From Thermodesulfovibrionia bacterium (GTDB lineage Bacteria; Nitrospirota; Thermodesulfovibrionia; Thermodesulfovibrionales; SM23-35), in the NCBI GenBank assembly GCA_041500225.1, contig JBGQLV010000007.1:2015-66014 (forward strand): a DNA stretch of 64,000 nt, written 5' to 3'. The notes below the pieces were generated by a model that saw only the letters and a list, made by a program, of their open reading frames with translations, was not told the origin of the DNA and did not search any database. The position numbers were made by a program, and so were the translations under genes. This document shows positions 1-9,672 of this stretch, piece by piece (within the stretch, counting starts at the first letter, position 1; the number at the start of each line of letters is the position of its first letter).

Positions 1-983
1 CCGGTCTTATCAGAACAAATATATGTTACAGACCCGAGGGTTTCTACTGCAGGAAGTTTTCTTATCAGTGCATTTTGCCGTACCATCTTTTTTGCACCGA
101 GGGCAAGAGAAATAGTTATCACAGCGGGAAGGGCCTCAGGTATCGCCGCAACAGCAAGGGAAATAGCGGTAAGGAGCATCAGCATAGGCGGTTCCCCCCT
201 GAAAATTCCGATACCAAAAACGATGGCACAGATGGCAAGGACAGCAAATGCAAGCTTCTGACCGAATGACGCGAGCCTTTTTTGAAGCGGTGTCTTTACC
301 TCTTCTTCTTCCTGAAGCATGGTAGCAATCTTTCCAAGTTCTGTTTCCATTCCCGTTGCCACAATAATTCCGGTACCTCTACCATAAGATACGATGGTGC
401 CTTTATATGTCATATTTTTTCTGTCTCCAAGAGGAATCATCTCATCGCTGATGACTTTAGTATGTTTTTCCACAGGTATTGACTCTCCTGTAAGGGCAGC
501 CTCTTCAACCTTCAGTTGTGCAACCTCAATGAGTCGCATATCTGCAGGGACAATCTTTCCTGCCTCAAGAATTACAAAGTCGCCGGGGACAATCCGGGAT
601 GCGGGGATGTTTTCTATAACTCCGTTTCTCAGGACAGTTGCAGTTGGCGCAGCCATTTTCTTCAGGGCTGCAATTGCCTTTTCCGCCCTGTATTCCTGGA
701 CAAATCCAATGACGGCATTGAGTACAACAATCACTACGATAGCAATAGTATCTGTAAGCTCACCGACAATTCCTGATACAATCGCTGCAGCAATAAGGAC
801 AAGGATCATGAAGTCCCTGAACTGGTCAAGGAACATCATGAAAGGGGTCTTCTTCTTTTTTTCCTTTAATACATTTAAGCCATATTTCTCAAGCCGCTTC
901 CTTGCTTCATCCCCGGAGAGACCATGAGGAGAAGAGTGCAATTCGTCAATAATATTTTCTATATCCTTTTGATGCCAGGTCAT
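1..983 (-). CDS. Cation-transporting P-type ATPase (Ca2+/type IIA-like), N-terminal part; runs off window
   Basis: Manual translation from ATG at 983: MTWHQKDIE...LTGES...AAIPEALP...[15 protein letters not shown] (TGES, PE and DKTG phosphorylation motifs); absent from the ORF track because it is truncated. Confidence 0.93.
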   Translation of the reverse strand, partial: MTWHQKDIENIIDELHSSPHGLSGDEARKRLEKYGLNVLKEKKKKTPFMMFLDQFRDFMILVLIAAAIVSGIVGELTDTIAIVVIVVLNAVIGFVQEYRAEKAIAALKKMAAPTATVLRNGVIENIPASRIVPGDFVILEAGKIVPADMRLIEVAQLKVEEAALTGESIPVEKHTKVISDEMIPLGDRKNMTYKGTIVSYGRGTGIIVATGMETELGKIATMLQEEEEVKTPLQKRLASFGQKLAFAVLAICAIVFGIGIFRGEPPMLMLLTAISLAVAAIPEALPAVITISLALGAKKMVRQNALIRKLPAVETLGSVTYICSDKT

Positions 984-1013
984 ATTATTTTTTGAGATAA
1001 TATAAATGAAAAG

Positions 1014-3032
1014 TTATATTTTTTCGAGGATGAAAAGAAGCTGTCCTTCAATGACTGAGTCAAAAAGTTTAACGCAGATCTCGACAATCTGACCTTCAAA
1101 TGGAGCAATAATTGCATTTTCCATCTTCATTGCCTCAAGATTTGCAATCTCCTCCCCTTTATGGACAATATCACCCAGCCTGAGGGTACCTCTTTCAGGG
1201 TTCCCGATCCTCCAGATGTTACCGGTTATTAAAGCTGGAATTTCACCTGGCCCTTTTACCATCCTTATCTCAGCCTTTTTAGCCCTCGGAGTTTCTACAG
1301 TATAAACCCTTGTCTTATTATTAACTCGCGTCACAACATGGATTAATCCTTCATGTTCAGCCCCAATTGACACAAGCTCCACGCAATACGGCTTTCCCCA
1401 GAGTTCAAACTCAACCCTGTCGCCGTGGTTTTTCAGACCTTCCTTCCAGACATTTGTTGGAAGCACAAGCGGTGCTTCCCCATATTTTTCCCGGAACTCA
1501 ATCATCTCTAAAGCATCTTTGGGATGCATAAGATATAGGATAAACTCCTCTTCCGTTGGCACTCTGCCAATATTATCAGACAGGTCTTTTCTGAGCCTTT
1601 CAAGGTCATCATCCTCTAATAAATCCAGGGGAGAAAGTTCCTTGCGTTCCTTAATCTTAATTTCCCACTCATCACCAAATGTACTTTTGTATACCCAGTC
1701 CGGAGGCCAGCCCATTGGAAGCTTTCCATAACTACCAAGAAGCAGATTCTTAAAATCTCCGGGCGTATTTTTAAAAAGTCCGAGCAGCTCATCTTGTTCA
1801 TTCTTATCCATGGAATCAGGATCCAGTGAATTTTCTTCAGTAAATTTTGTGAGAAGCTTGATCAGATGTCTGACACCTAATTCTCCCTTTTTCTTTGCGT
1901 ATCTGTTTACAATTCCACTGCAGGTGACCCATGTAATCTGTGACCCGGGAGTAACATCAAAGTAATGGATAATCCTGTTATACATAGACATTACCTTTAA
2001 TATGGCAGGCATGAATTGTAGAAACCCTCCTTTATATGCTTGCTCAAATGAGCTTGGGAACGCACCCCCTGGCATTTTATGAAGGGTCACTGTATGGTCG
2101 TATCCTTTAAATGGTGATTCAGCCCACTCATAATGACCTATCCACTCACGTACTTTCTGAACTGCAGCTTCGGCTTCTTCCCTATTTATATTAACAGTGA
2201 TACCTGATTCTTCGAGATATGCCTGTACACCTAATATAGGCGGTTGTCCATAAAACCTTGTCAAAGAATCTTCCTCAACATCAAAAATCTTTGCTCCTGA
2301 CTGGGCAGCAGCTAAAAGTGCAGGCAATGCAAGCCCGTCTGTTATATGTCTGTGATATTGAATAACTATCTCAGGGTATTTCTGTTTAATAGCATCAATG
2401 AGATTGCCGATTTGTTTAATGCTCCCTACACCCGCCATATCTTTAATGCACAGGATTATTTCATCGGTACCTGCGCAGAGATCTACAATCTCGCGAATGA
2501 CGTCGAGATAATAATTGTTTGTTGTCCAATCTGCCACTGTAAATGATATGGCTGGTTCAAAGAGTCTGCCCCTTTTCATTACCACTTCTGCCACTGCACG
2601 CATATTCCTTATATCATTGAGGAAAGAAAAACATCTCCATACATCTATATCAGCTCTTGAAACAACATACTCTATAACATTCCTTGGATAAGGTCTGTAT
2701 CCCCATAGATTTGTCTCTCGTATAAGCGTTTGCAGCAGCACATTTGGCATAAGTTCTCTCAGGATATTAATTTCTTCAAACGGGCTTTCCATCCTGTTCA
2801 TTATGCCTACATGCCATCTTGCACCTCCGTGACATTCGGCACTGAACAGTCCCATTTTGTTGTAATACGGCGATAGGGTTGCGAGGTCATATATACGGTG
2901 ACGATTTTTGTAATCGGACTGTCCTGCATCACGCATTCCGGTTGATGTTAGACAAACACCCTCAAGAGAGCGGACAGTCTTAACAATCTCTCCGGGTGAC
3001 ATGCCTGGTCTTACAAAAATGTAATCTTTCAT
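1014..3032 (-). CDS. pycB: Pyruvate/2-oxoacid carboxylase subunit B (carboxyltransferase plus biotin carrier), divergent
   Basis: RDAGQS, IKDMAG, HRH, MPGG, VTPGSQ motifs; C-terminal EAMKM biotinylation site. Confidence 0.8.
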   Translation of the reverse strand: MKDYIFVRPGMSPGEIVKTVRSLEGVCLTSTGMRDAGQSDYKNRHRIYDLATLSPYYNKMGLFSAECHGGARWHVGIMNRMESPFEEINILRELMPNVLLQTLIRETNLWGYRPYPRNVIEYVVSRADIDVWRCFSFLNDIRNMRAVAEVVMKRGRLFEPAISFTVADWTTNNYYLDVIREIVDLCAGTDEIILCIKDMAGVGSIKQIGNLIDAIKQKYPEIVIQYHRHITDGLALPALLAAAQSGAKIFDVEEDSLTRFYGQPPILGVQAYLEESGITVNINREEAEAAVQKVREWIGHYEWAESPFKGYDHTVTLHKMPGGAFPSSFEQAYKGGFLQFMPAILKVMSMYNRIIHYFDVTPGSQITWVTCSGIVNRYAKKKGELGVRHLIKLLTKFTEENSLDPDSMDKNEQDELLGLFKNTPGDFKNLLLGSYGKLPMGWPPDWVYKSTFGDEWEIKIKERKELSPLDLLEDDDLERLRKDLSDNIGRVPTEEEFILYLMHPKDALEMIEFREKYGEAPLVLPTNVWKEGLKNHGDRVEFELWGKPYCVELVSIGAEHEGLIHVVTRVNNKTRVYTVETPRAKKAEIRMVKGPGEIPALITGNIWRIGNPERGTLRLGDIVHKGEEIANLEAMKMENAIIAPFEGQIVEICVKLFDSVIEGQLLFILEKI

Positions 3033-3056
3033 ATTACAACTTTCTATTGCTTTTCT

Positions 3057-3169
3057 GTTATTCCGACTTGTTCGGAATCTTTTTTAGTCCCCTCTTGCGA
3101 GGGACGTAGGGGTGTGTTTTCTTCATTCCATCGCTCATTTCAGAAAGATTCCAGACAAGCTGGAATGAC
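3057..3169. repeat. REP-like inverted doublet (REPIN-like) with a nested palindrome
   Basis: gttattccgacttgttcggaatc ... gattccagacaagctggaatgac flanking gtcccctcttgcgagggac. Confidence 0.7.
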
Positions 3170-3244
3170 GACTATTGAGATATAATCTTTTAAAAAGATA
3201 GTTTGTATATTTCTTCATGTAGATTCTTTTCCACATGTTTTCGC

Positions 3245-4702
3245 TCACATCCATTTTTGAGGGCCAAGAGCTGAAATTTCTGCAACATATCTTGCAATCT
3301 TCAGGACCTCGTCTTCGCTGTTCTTATCCTTAAACATTGATACAAGCTCGTCTATATGTTCTTCTATAAACCGGGTAGAAAACTCTCCTGCTATAAATGC
3401 AGGGTGTCTGATTATACTTAAAAGCAGTGGTGCCAGGGTTTTCACACCTTCAACCCTTAGGTTCCTGCTTAGGGCTCGATCCATAACCCTTATAGCATCT
3501 TCTCTGTCTGCGCCTGACGTCATCAATAACATAAAAAGCGAATCGTAATACGGCGGGATATCAGCACCTTCATAGACACCCGATGCTACTCTTACCGCAG
3601 GTCCTTGTGGCACCTGAAGACGGGTAATGGTGCCAAAGGAAGGGCTGAAATTTTTTGGATCCTCTGCATTGAGTCGAACTTCCAATGCCCATCTGTTTGG
3701 ATGTATATCAGGCTGCTTAAAGGGCAATTTTTTATCCATTGCAACATCAATCATTATGCCAACTATATCCAGACCTGTTATAAGCTCGGTTATGCCATGC
3801 TCTACCTGCAAACGTGTGTTAACCTCAAGAAAATAGAATTTCTTTGTGGAAGAATCGAAGAGAAACTCTACTGTCCCAGTTGATGAATAACCTATCTCTC
3901 GCATCAGGCGGGTTGCTGTAAAGCATATCTCGTGGCGAAGGTCATGATTGAGGGTAGGTGATGGTGCTTCTTCTATTATCTTCTGGTTACGCCTTTGAAT
4001 AGTGCACTCCCTTTCAAAAAGATGTACCACATTTCTATATTTATCTGCGACAACCTGAACCTCAATATGTCTGCCACGCTCTATGTATTTTTCGACTAAT
4101 ACCCGCTCATCACCAAAGGCCTTCATCGCTTCTGAACGGGCTTGAGCAAAGGCCTGGGACAACTGTTCATCAGTCTCAACCTTTACCATTCCTTTGCCGC
4201 CGCCACCTGAAACAGCTTTTATCATAATCGGATAACTTATCTTTTCATCGTTCATCCACTGTTTGATTTGCCCAATATCAACAACATCAATGATGCCGGG
4301 TATGGTAGGTACATTGGCTTTTTTAGCAAGCCTTTTTGCCTCAATTTTATCACCTACAGCCCTGATAACTTCCGGTGGTGGACCTATCCATATAAGTCCT
4401 GCATCCATTACCATTTTAGCAAATTTATCATTTTCTGCTAAGAAACCCCACCCCGGATGTATTGCGTCTGATTTAGTTTGAATGGCAGCGTTAATCATCT
4501 TCTCCATATTGAGATAAGACTCAGCCGGAGGGGCCTCACCAATATATACTGCAGAATCTGCCATAAACACATGATGTGCGAGACGGTCAGGAGTGCTGTA
4601 AACAGCAGTAGTTGGAATCTTTCTATCCCTGCAGGTATGCATGATTCTGACAGCTGTTACTCCTCGATTTGCAATTAATACTTTTTGAATCTTCCTGCTC
4701 AT
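3245..4702 (-). CDS. pycA: Biotin carboxylase (pyruvate carboxylase subunit A-like)
   Basis: LIANRG, HPGWGFLAEN, GGGGKG, ERECTIQRRNQK, EVNTRLQVEH motifs. Confidence 0.88.
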   Translation of the reverse strand: MSRKIQKVLIANRGVTAVRIMHTCRDRKIPTTAVYSTPDRLAHHVFMADSAVYIGEAPPAESYLNMEKMINAAIQTKSDAIHPGWGFLAENDKFAKMVMDAGLIWIGPPPEVIRAVGDKIEAKRLAKKANVPTIPGIIDVVDIGQIKQWMNDEKISYPIMIKAVSGGGGKGMVKVETDEQLSQAFAQARSEAMKAFGDERVLVEKYIERGRHIEVQVVADKYRNVVHLFERECTIQRRNQKIIEEAPSPTLNHDLRHEICFTATRLMREIGYSSTGTVEFLFDSSTKKFYFLEVNTRLQVEHGITELITGLDIVGIMIDVAMDKKLPFKQPDIHPNRWALEVRLNAEDPKNFSPSFGTITRLQVPQGPAVRVASGVYEGADIPPYYDSLFMLLMTSGADREDAIRVMDRALSRNLRVEGVKTLAPLLLSIIRHPAFIAGEFSTRFIEEHIDELVSMFKDKNSEDEVLKIARYVAEISALGPQKWM

Positions 4703-4758
4703 GATAGATATCCTTTACTCAACTCATATATCTGATACGACTTTCGCAGGGACGGCGT

Positions 4759-4809
4759 CTGGATTCCCGCTGGAGTTTACACTCACGAAAGTGGGGGCGG
4801 GAATGACAA
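4759..4809. repeat. REP-like palindromic element
   Basis: ctggattcccgct...gcgggaatgaca, the same terminal motif as the elements at 37281 and 46219. Confidence 0.65.
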
Positions 4810-5051
4810 TACTACGTAAGTATCGGTTCTGTGAAAGTTGTATACCCAAGTTTAACATAAAAATTGCAAAATGGATTTGCGTTGCGTTGGCTTGCAGGCC
4901 TTGAAATGGGTACGCAACATGACATAAAAACATACAGGACATAATCAGGGTAGGTTCGGCTTTAGCATTTTATACAATTCGGCCGGAGCTGAACCTACCT
5001 AACTATGACAGTCTCATAATCTCAATTAACTGAAGAGAAAGCTATCTAAGT

Positions 5052-5492
5052 CTATTTAATCTTCTTCAGCAGAGCGTTTATGATATCAGTCAGGGTAATA
5101 ATGCCCACCAGCTTATTCCTGTCTACAACAGGAACCTGTTTTACCCTGCGGAGGATCATCTGAGACCCAGCCTTGACAATAGGCATGTCACTGCTTACCG
5201 TGATGGGGGGGGTTCCCATTATCTCCTGTACTTTCATTTCATAAAGCTTATGAGCACGCTCCTCAATATACTCGAGATCCGTCATGTGACGCTCGTCCTC
5301 AATTATATCAGGATAGCGCGGCAGAATTGCTTTGAAAATGTCTGCTTTTGTGACTACCCCTACAACTTTTCCATCATCCACAACAACGAGGCCATTTGCA
5401 CGTTTTTTGCTCATAAATTCAGCACATTCCTTTAAGGTCTGAGCTGGTCCAATAGTGTGTACTTCTTTGGTCATAATTTCACTAATTTTCAT
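5052..5492 (-). CDS. CBS domain pair protein
   Basis: Two CBS repeats (ISEIMTKEV...VVGVVTKADI; VQEIMG...LVGIITLTDI); RBS aggaggtg. Confidence 0.92.
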   Translation of the reverse strand: MKISEIMTKEVHTIGPAQTLKECAEFMSKKRANGLVVVDDGKVVGVVTKADIFKAILPRYPDIIEDERHMTDLEYIEERAHKLYEMKVQEIMGTPPITVSSDMPIVKAGSQMILRRVKQVPVVDRNKLVGIITLTDIINALLKKIK

Positions 5493-5729
5493 GATTTTTC
5501 ACCTCCTGAGTTTAAATAATTAATTTCTGACTAAATTAATTAACAAATATATCGCTTTTATCACCCCCTGTCATCGAATCTTTAATGTATCTAATGTTAC
5601 AGTTTTAGATTAATTTTGTAAAGAATTTCTAATCGCATAAAAATGTAAAGCAAATCTATCCCCTTTTAATATATCCAATTCAAATGATAAACTATGAAAT
5701 TGATATCTAAATAAATAAGGAGAAAGATT

Positions 5730-6446
5730 ATGCATCCTTTTTTCTTGATGGCTAAAACCATACCTGATGCGTGGTTTCAGTTGATTTATAATCTGTTTGA
5801 TAATGCCTATGCACAGAAGATACAAAAAGGCTCTTTTGAAAATGAGCAGTACAGATTACAATATCCGGGAATAGCAGTGTATATCGAGCATCCCTATTAC
5901 GACATGGTACCGACTATACCGCCGAACTCAGGCATTCCAGCTCCTACCACAAAGGAGTACATCGAGGATTATTTTGTCAACTACCTCATGAATCCCGAGC
6001 TGGCCGAGAATGAGACTTACACATATGCGAGCAGGATACACAACAGCATGCCCAAAGGTGGAACACAATTTGAACGTGTTATAGAAATACTCAGGAAGAC
6101 CCCTCTCACAAATCAGGCTGTTATCGAAATTGCAACACCTCTTGATCTTGAGATCTGTTATGGCAAAGACGGGAAGCTTGACCCCCCCTGCCTGAGATTG
6201 CTGGACTTTAAGGCCATCCCTTTAAAGGAAGAAATAGTGCTGACAGTGAGCGCTTATTTCAGGTCATGGGATCTGTGGGCAGGATTCCCTACGAACCTCG
6301 GTGGAATAGAACTATTAAAACAGTTTGTTGCTTCTGAAACCAGCCTCAAGAACGGCCCTATTTATGCCTATAGCGCTGGCGCTCATATTTACGGTTATCA
6401 GGAGGAAATTGTAAGGTTAAGAACCCTCAGGTCAATAAAAAGTTGA
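5730..6446 (+). CDS. thyA: Thymidylate synthase, archaeal-type ThyA
   Basis: YTYASR, DPPCLR catalytic Cys, YFRSWD, FPTN and AHIY motifs. Confidence 0.85.
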   Translation: MHPFFLMAKTIPDAWFQLIYNLFDNAYAQKIQKGSFENEQYRLQYPGIAVYIEHPYYDMVPTIPPNSGIPAPTTKEYIEDYFVNYLMNPELAENETYTYASRIHNSMPKGGTQFERVIEILRKTPLTNQAVIEIATPLDLEICYGKDGKLDPPCLRLLDFKAIPLKEEIVLTVSAYFRSWDLWAGFPTNLGGIELLKQFVASETSLKNGPIYAYSAGAHIYGYQEEIVRLRTLRSIKS

Positions 6447-6449
6447 ATC

Positions 6450-7517
6450 TCAGGGTTTCTCTACCGGAAAACTTATCGTAAAGGTAGTCCCCTTTCCAGG
6501 TTCGCTATCTACAGAAATTGTACCGTTGTTATCCTGGATTATCTTATGTGTAAAAGTAAGGCCAAGTCCTGGGCCATATACCTTTGATGTGACGAAGGGG
6601 TCAAAGATGTTTTTGATTTTATCTTTGGGGATACCTTTTCCCGAGTCAGATACCAATATTTCTATATGGTCGTCACTTAGTCGGCTGGTAATCTTTAGTA
6701 ATTTGGTTCCTTCAGCCATGGCCTCGATAGAATTTTTAATGAGATTACAAAAAGCCCTTTTAAGTAGTTTATCATCAGCAGGTATGGGTGGAAGATTATC
6801 CATTAATTCAGTCTTAACATCTATAGACTTTTGCTCGAACTCCTGTTCAAATACCTTAAGGGCTTCCATAATAACTTTATTGATATTTGTGGGCACCTTA
6901 AAAGATATGGCCATGGTTTTTAACTCGATAAGCTGTTTTATCATGCTTTCCAATATTGCTACGTCGTCTATGATCATTTCCATATACTTTTTATTAGGGT
7001 CACCTTCAGGGAGCTTTCCATAAACCTTGCGTGCAAAACCTCCGATAGAAGTTAGGGGATTTCTTATCTCATGTGCAACCTGGTCCATCATCTGTTCAAG
7101 TGCCCCTGATTTTTTCTCTTCTACTAATTTCTCATGTGCTGCCTTGATAGTAAGTAATGACCTGACCCTTGCAGAGAGTTCTTTGTAATCAAACGGCTTG
7201 GGTAAATAATCATCAGCTCCGATATCAAGACCTTTCACCTTGCTCGCAACGTCGCTTTTTGCTGTAAGCATGATGATTGGAATATATCTGGTGGTTTCAT
7301 CTAATTTGAGCCTATGACATACCTCATAGCCGTCTATTTTTGGCATCATGACATCGAGTACAATTAAATCAGGATTGTATTCAACGACCTTTTTAAGACC
7401 TTCTTCACCGTCGTATGCCTCTGCTGTATCGTATCCTTCAGAGCGGAGTCTTTTCCTCAAAAGCTCTACCGCATCAATAGTATCATCAACAATCAATATC
7501 CTTTTCTTACTGTCCAT
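6450..7517 (-). CDS. Receiver-histidine kinase hybrid protein
   Basis: N-terminal REC (VDD, LDVMMP, KP); HEIRNPL H-box; N, G1 and G2 boxes. Confidence 0.92.
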   Translation of the reverse strand: MDSKKRILIVDDTIDAVELLRKRLRSEGYDTAEAYDGEEGLKKVVEYNPDLIVLDVMMPKIDGYEVCHRLKLDETTRYIPIIMLTAKSDVASKVKGLDIGADDYLPKPFDYKELSARVRSLLTIKAAHEKLVEEKKSGALEQMMDQVAHEIRNPLTSIGGFARKVYGKLPEGDPNKKYMEMIIDDVAILESMIKQLIELKTMAISFKVPTNINKVIMEALKVFEQEFEQKSIDVKTELMDNLPPIPADDKLLKRAFCNLIKNSIEAMAEGTKLLKITSRLSDDHIEILVSDSGKGIPKDKIKNIFDPFVTSKVYGPGLGLTFTHKIIQDNNGTISVDSEPGKGTTFTISFPVEKP

Positions 7518-7520
7518 TTC

Positions 7521-7913
7521 TTATTTGTTTTTTAAATAGGATTTTATTTGGTCTGGCAATTCATGGATATCAATGGGCTTGGATATATATCCGTCACAGC
7601 CAGCCTCCAGGGCCTTTTCTCTATCTCCCTTCATTGCATGTGCAGTTAAGGCGATTATAGGGGTATTTTTAAATGTCACCTGGCTTTTCAGCCTTTTTGT
7701 AACCTCATAACCATCTATCTTAGGGATTGAGATATCCATCAGTATAAGATCAGGGTTTTCTGCTATTGCCTTTTCTAATGCCTCTTCTCCATCAACAGCC
7801 TCAATCATTTGATAACCCCTGTTCTTAAGTATCTTGACTACAAGCTCCCGACCATCCTGATTATCATCAACTATCAGAATCTTTTTTGGTAAGCCCTCTT
7901 TTATTTCTTCCAT
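7521..7913 (-). CDS. Single-domain response regulator (DivK/CheY-like)
   Basis: VDDN, MDISIP, ALTAHAM, SKP. Confidence 0.92.
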   Translation of the reverse strand: MEEIKEGLPKKILIVDDNQDGRELVVKILKNRGYQMIEAVDGEEALEKAIAENPDLILMDISIPKIDGYEVTKRLKSQVTFKNTPIIALTAHAMKGDREKALEAGCDGYISKPIDIHELPDQIKSYLKNK

Positions 7914-8037
7914 TTTTAATCTATTCCCTTATTTTTTTATGATTTATTGATTATATAGGTTTTTTAAAATTCCGTCAGAAGACTTTTTTTATAGATGCTC
8001 CTTCATTTAATGTTTCCTGAATCCTGATTAACCCCTT

Positions 8038-9672
8038 TTATGCTATTAAAGGCTCAGCAGGCTTTTCGAGTACATCTTTTTTCAGCGGAAGAGTGAAACA
8101 GAACCTGCTGCCTTCTCCATATTTGCTTGTTACCCACATTACACCCTTATGCAATGCTACCAATCCTCTGGCAGTGCTAAGCCCGAGGCCTGTTCCTTCA
8201 TATTGACGGATAGTAGAGATATCAACCTGTGTGAACTTATCAAAAATCTTACCGAGATCTTCATCTTTTATCCCTATACCCGTGTCCTCCACGCATATCT
8301 CTGCAAATAGAGGTGGCTCACCCGGTTTAATCCCTCTTTCAGAGGGCCCGGCGATTATGGTTATTCTACCCTGTTGGGTGAACTTAACAGCATTTGATAA
8401 CAGATTTATGAAAACCTGTTTGATCTTATCCTCATCACCATAAACCGGAGATAAATTCTCATCGAGATTAATAGCAAGTGTGAGCCTTTTTTGTTTTATC
8501 ATGGGTGCAAAGGTAGGAATAATGGACTCAATTAACTGTTTCAGATCGATATCCTTTATTTGTAATTCTATTTTCCCTGATTCTATCTTGGATATATCAA
8601 GTACATTATTTATCAATTGAAGGAGATGTCTGGCATTAGCCGACACTTTTTTCAGGTTCTTTTCCTGTTCTTCATTAATGGGGCCGTCAACCCTGTCTAT
8701 CAATAGTTCTGAATAGCCGATAATAGCATTCATCGGTGTACGAAGTTCATGAGACACGTTGGCCAAAAAAGCGGATTTTAATTTATCAAGCTCCTTGAGT
8801 TCCCTTTTATCTCTTTCTAATTGCCCTATGAATTTGGTCCTCTCTGTTACAAGGTTCTCTAACTCTCTTTTGTCCTCGGATATCTCCAGATAAGATCTGT
8901 ATATCCAGATAAAGAAAAGACTTACTGAACCCACCAGGAAAAGAGCAAAGGTATTAAAGCTTCCGGCAATCGGCTCAAAAAATTTCCAGATATCCTGATT
9001 TCCTGTGGGTATAAGGATATGTCTCAGGATATGACCGAACGACCTGGAAATGGAAAACATGACCCAGGAAGAGGAAAGCCATATCATATAATTCCATAGT
9101 ACATTCTCTCTGTCTTTTCTATAAAGTTTAATGCTGGCATTAAGGCTCATGATTGACAGCACTATAAATATACTATTACCTGCCATATCTGTAATTACGA
9201 TCGGCAGCAGCGGTAAAATTACGGGTATGGAAACCGGGACCTCTTCTTTTTTTAAATGCTCTTTCAGTCCCATATAAAAAAGCAGCATTGCTATATTAAG
9301 TAATAAAAAATCGAGTCTTCCTAAGTAATAGAGATACTCCAGACGTTCAATCTTTATATTCCTTGCAAAATACTGCCACCCCTCTGTACTCCCTATTGTC
9401 TGAGGGAGAGTAATAAATTCTGCCATACGGCCAATAAACACGTCCAGATCCCATAAGATAAAAAATATCACAGAAAGAAAAAGGTATCTCCAGCCTTTTT
9501 GTTTATATAAACGATTACGAACAATGACCCAAAAAACGCAGATAAATGCGAAAAGGAGAAATATTCTTCCAAGCTGCTGAGTGTAAATTGCAGGATATTC
9601 GTGGGGTACATATCCCCACGCATTGGAAGGAACAAGAGAAAGAAAAAGTAAAGCGATAACAAATTTCATCAT
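8038..9672 (-). CDS. Multi-pass membrane sensor histidine kinase
   Basis: About 6-7 hydrophobic segments, then SHELRTPMN H-box and HATPase boxes (NAVKF, DTGIG, GTGLGL). Confidence 0.92.
   Translation of the reverse strand: MMKFVIALLFLSLVPSNAWGYVPHEYPAIYTQQLGRIFLLFAFICVFWVIVRNRLYKQKGWRYLFLSVIFFILWDLDVFIGRMAEFITLPQTIGSTEGWQYFARNIKIERLEYLYYLGRLDFLLLNIAMLLFYMGLKEHLKKEEVPVSIPVILPLLPIVITDMAGNSIFIVLSIMSLNASIKLYRKDRENVLWNYMIWLSSSWVMFSISRSFGHILRHILIPTGNQDIWKFFEPIAGSFNTFALFLVGSVSLFFIWIYRSYLEISEDKRELENLVTERTKFIGQLERDKRELKELDKLKSAFLANVSHELRTPMNAIIGYSELLIDRVDGPINEEQEKNLKKVSANARHLLQLINNVLDISKIESGKIELQIKDIDLKQLIESIIPTFAPMIKQKRLTLAINLDENLSPVYGDEDKIKQVFINLLSNAVKFTQQGRITIIAGPSERGIKPGEPPLFAEICVEDTGIGIKDEDLGKIFDKFTQVDISTIRQYEGTGLGLSTARGLVALHKGVMWVTSKYGEGSRFCFTLPLKKDVLEKPAEPLIA

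Noticed and set aside
75-927. Several plus-strand ORFs in the ORF track
   Set aside because: Antisense shadows of the minus-strand P-type ATPase
4701-4942. Short ORFs upstream of the biotin carboxylase
   Set aside because: They span REP-like repeats and have no RBS or protein-like features
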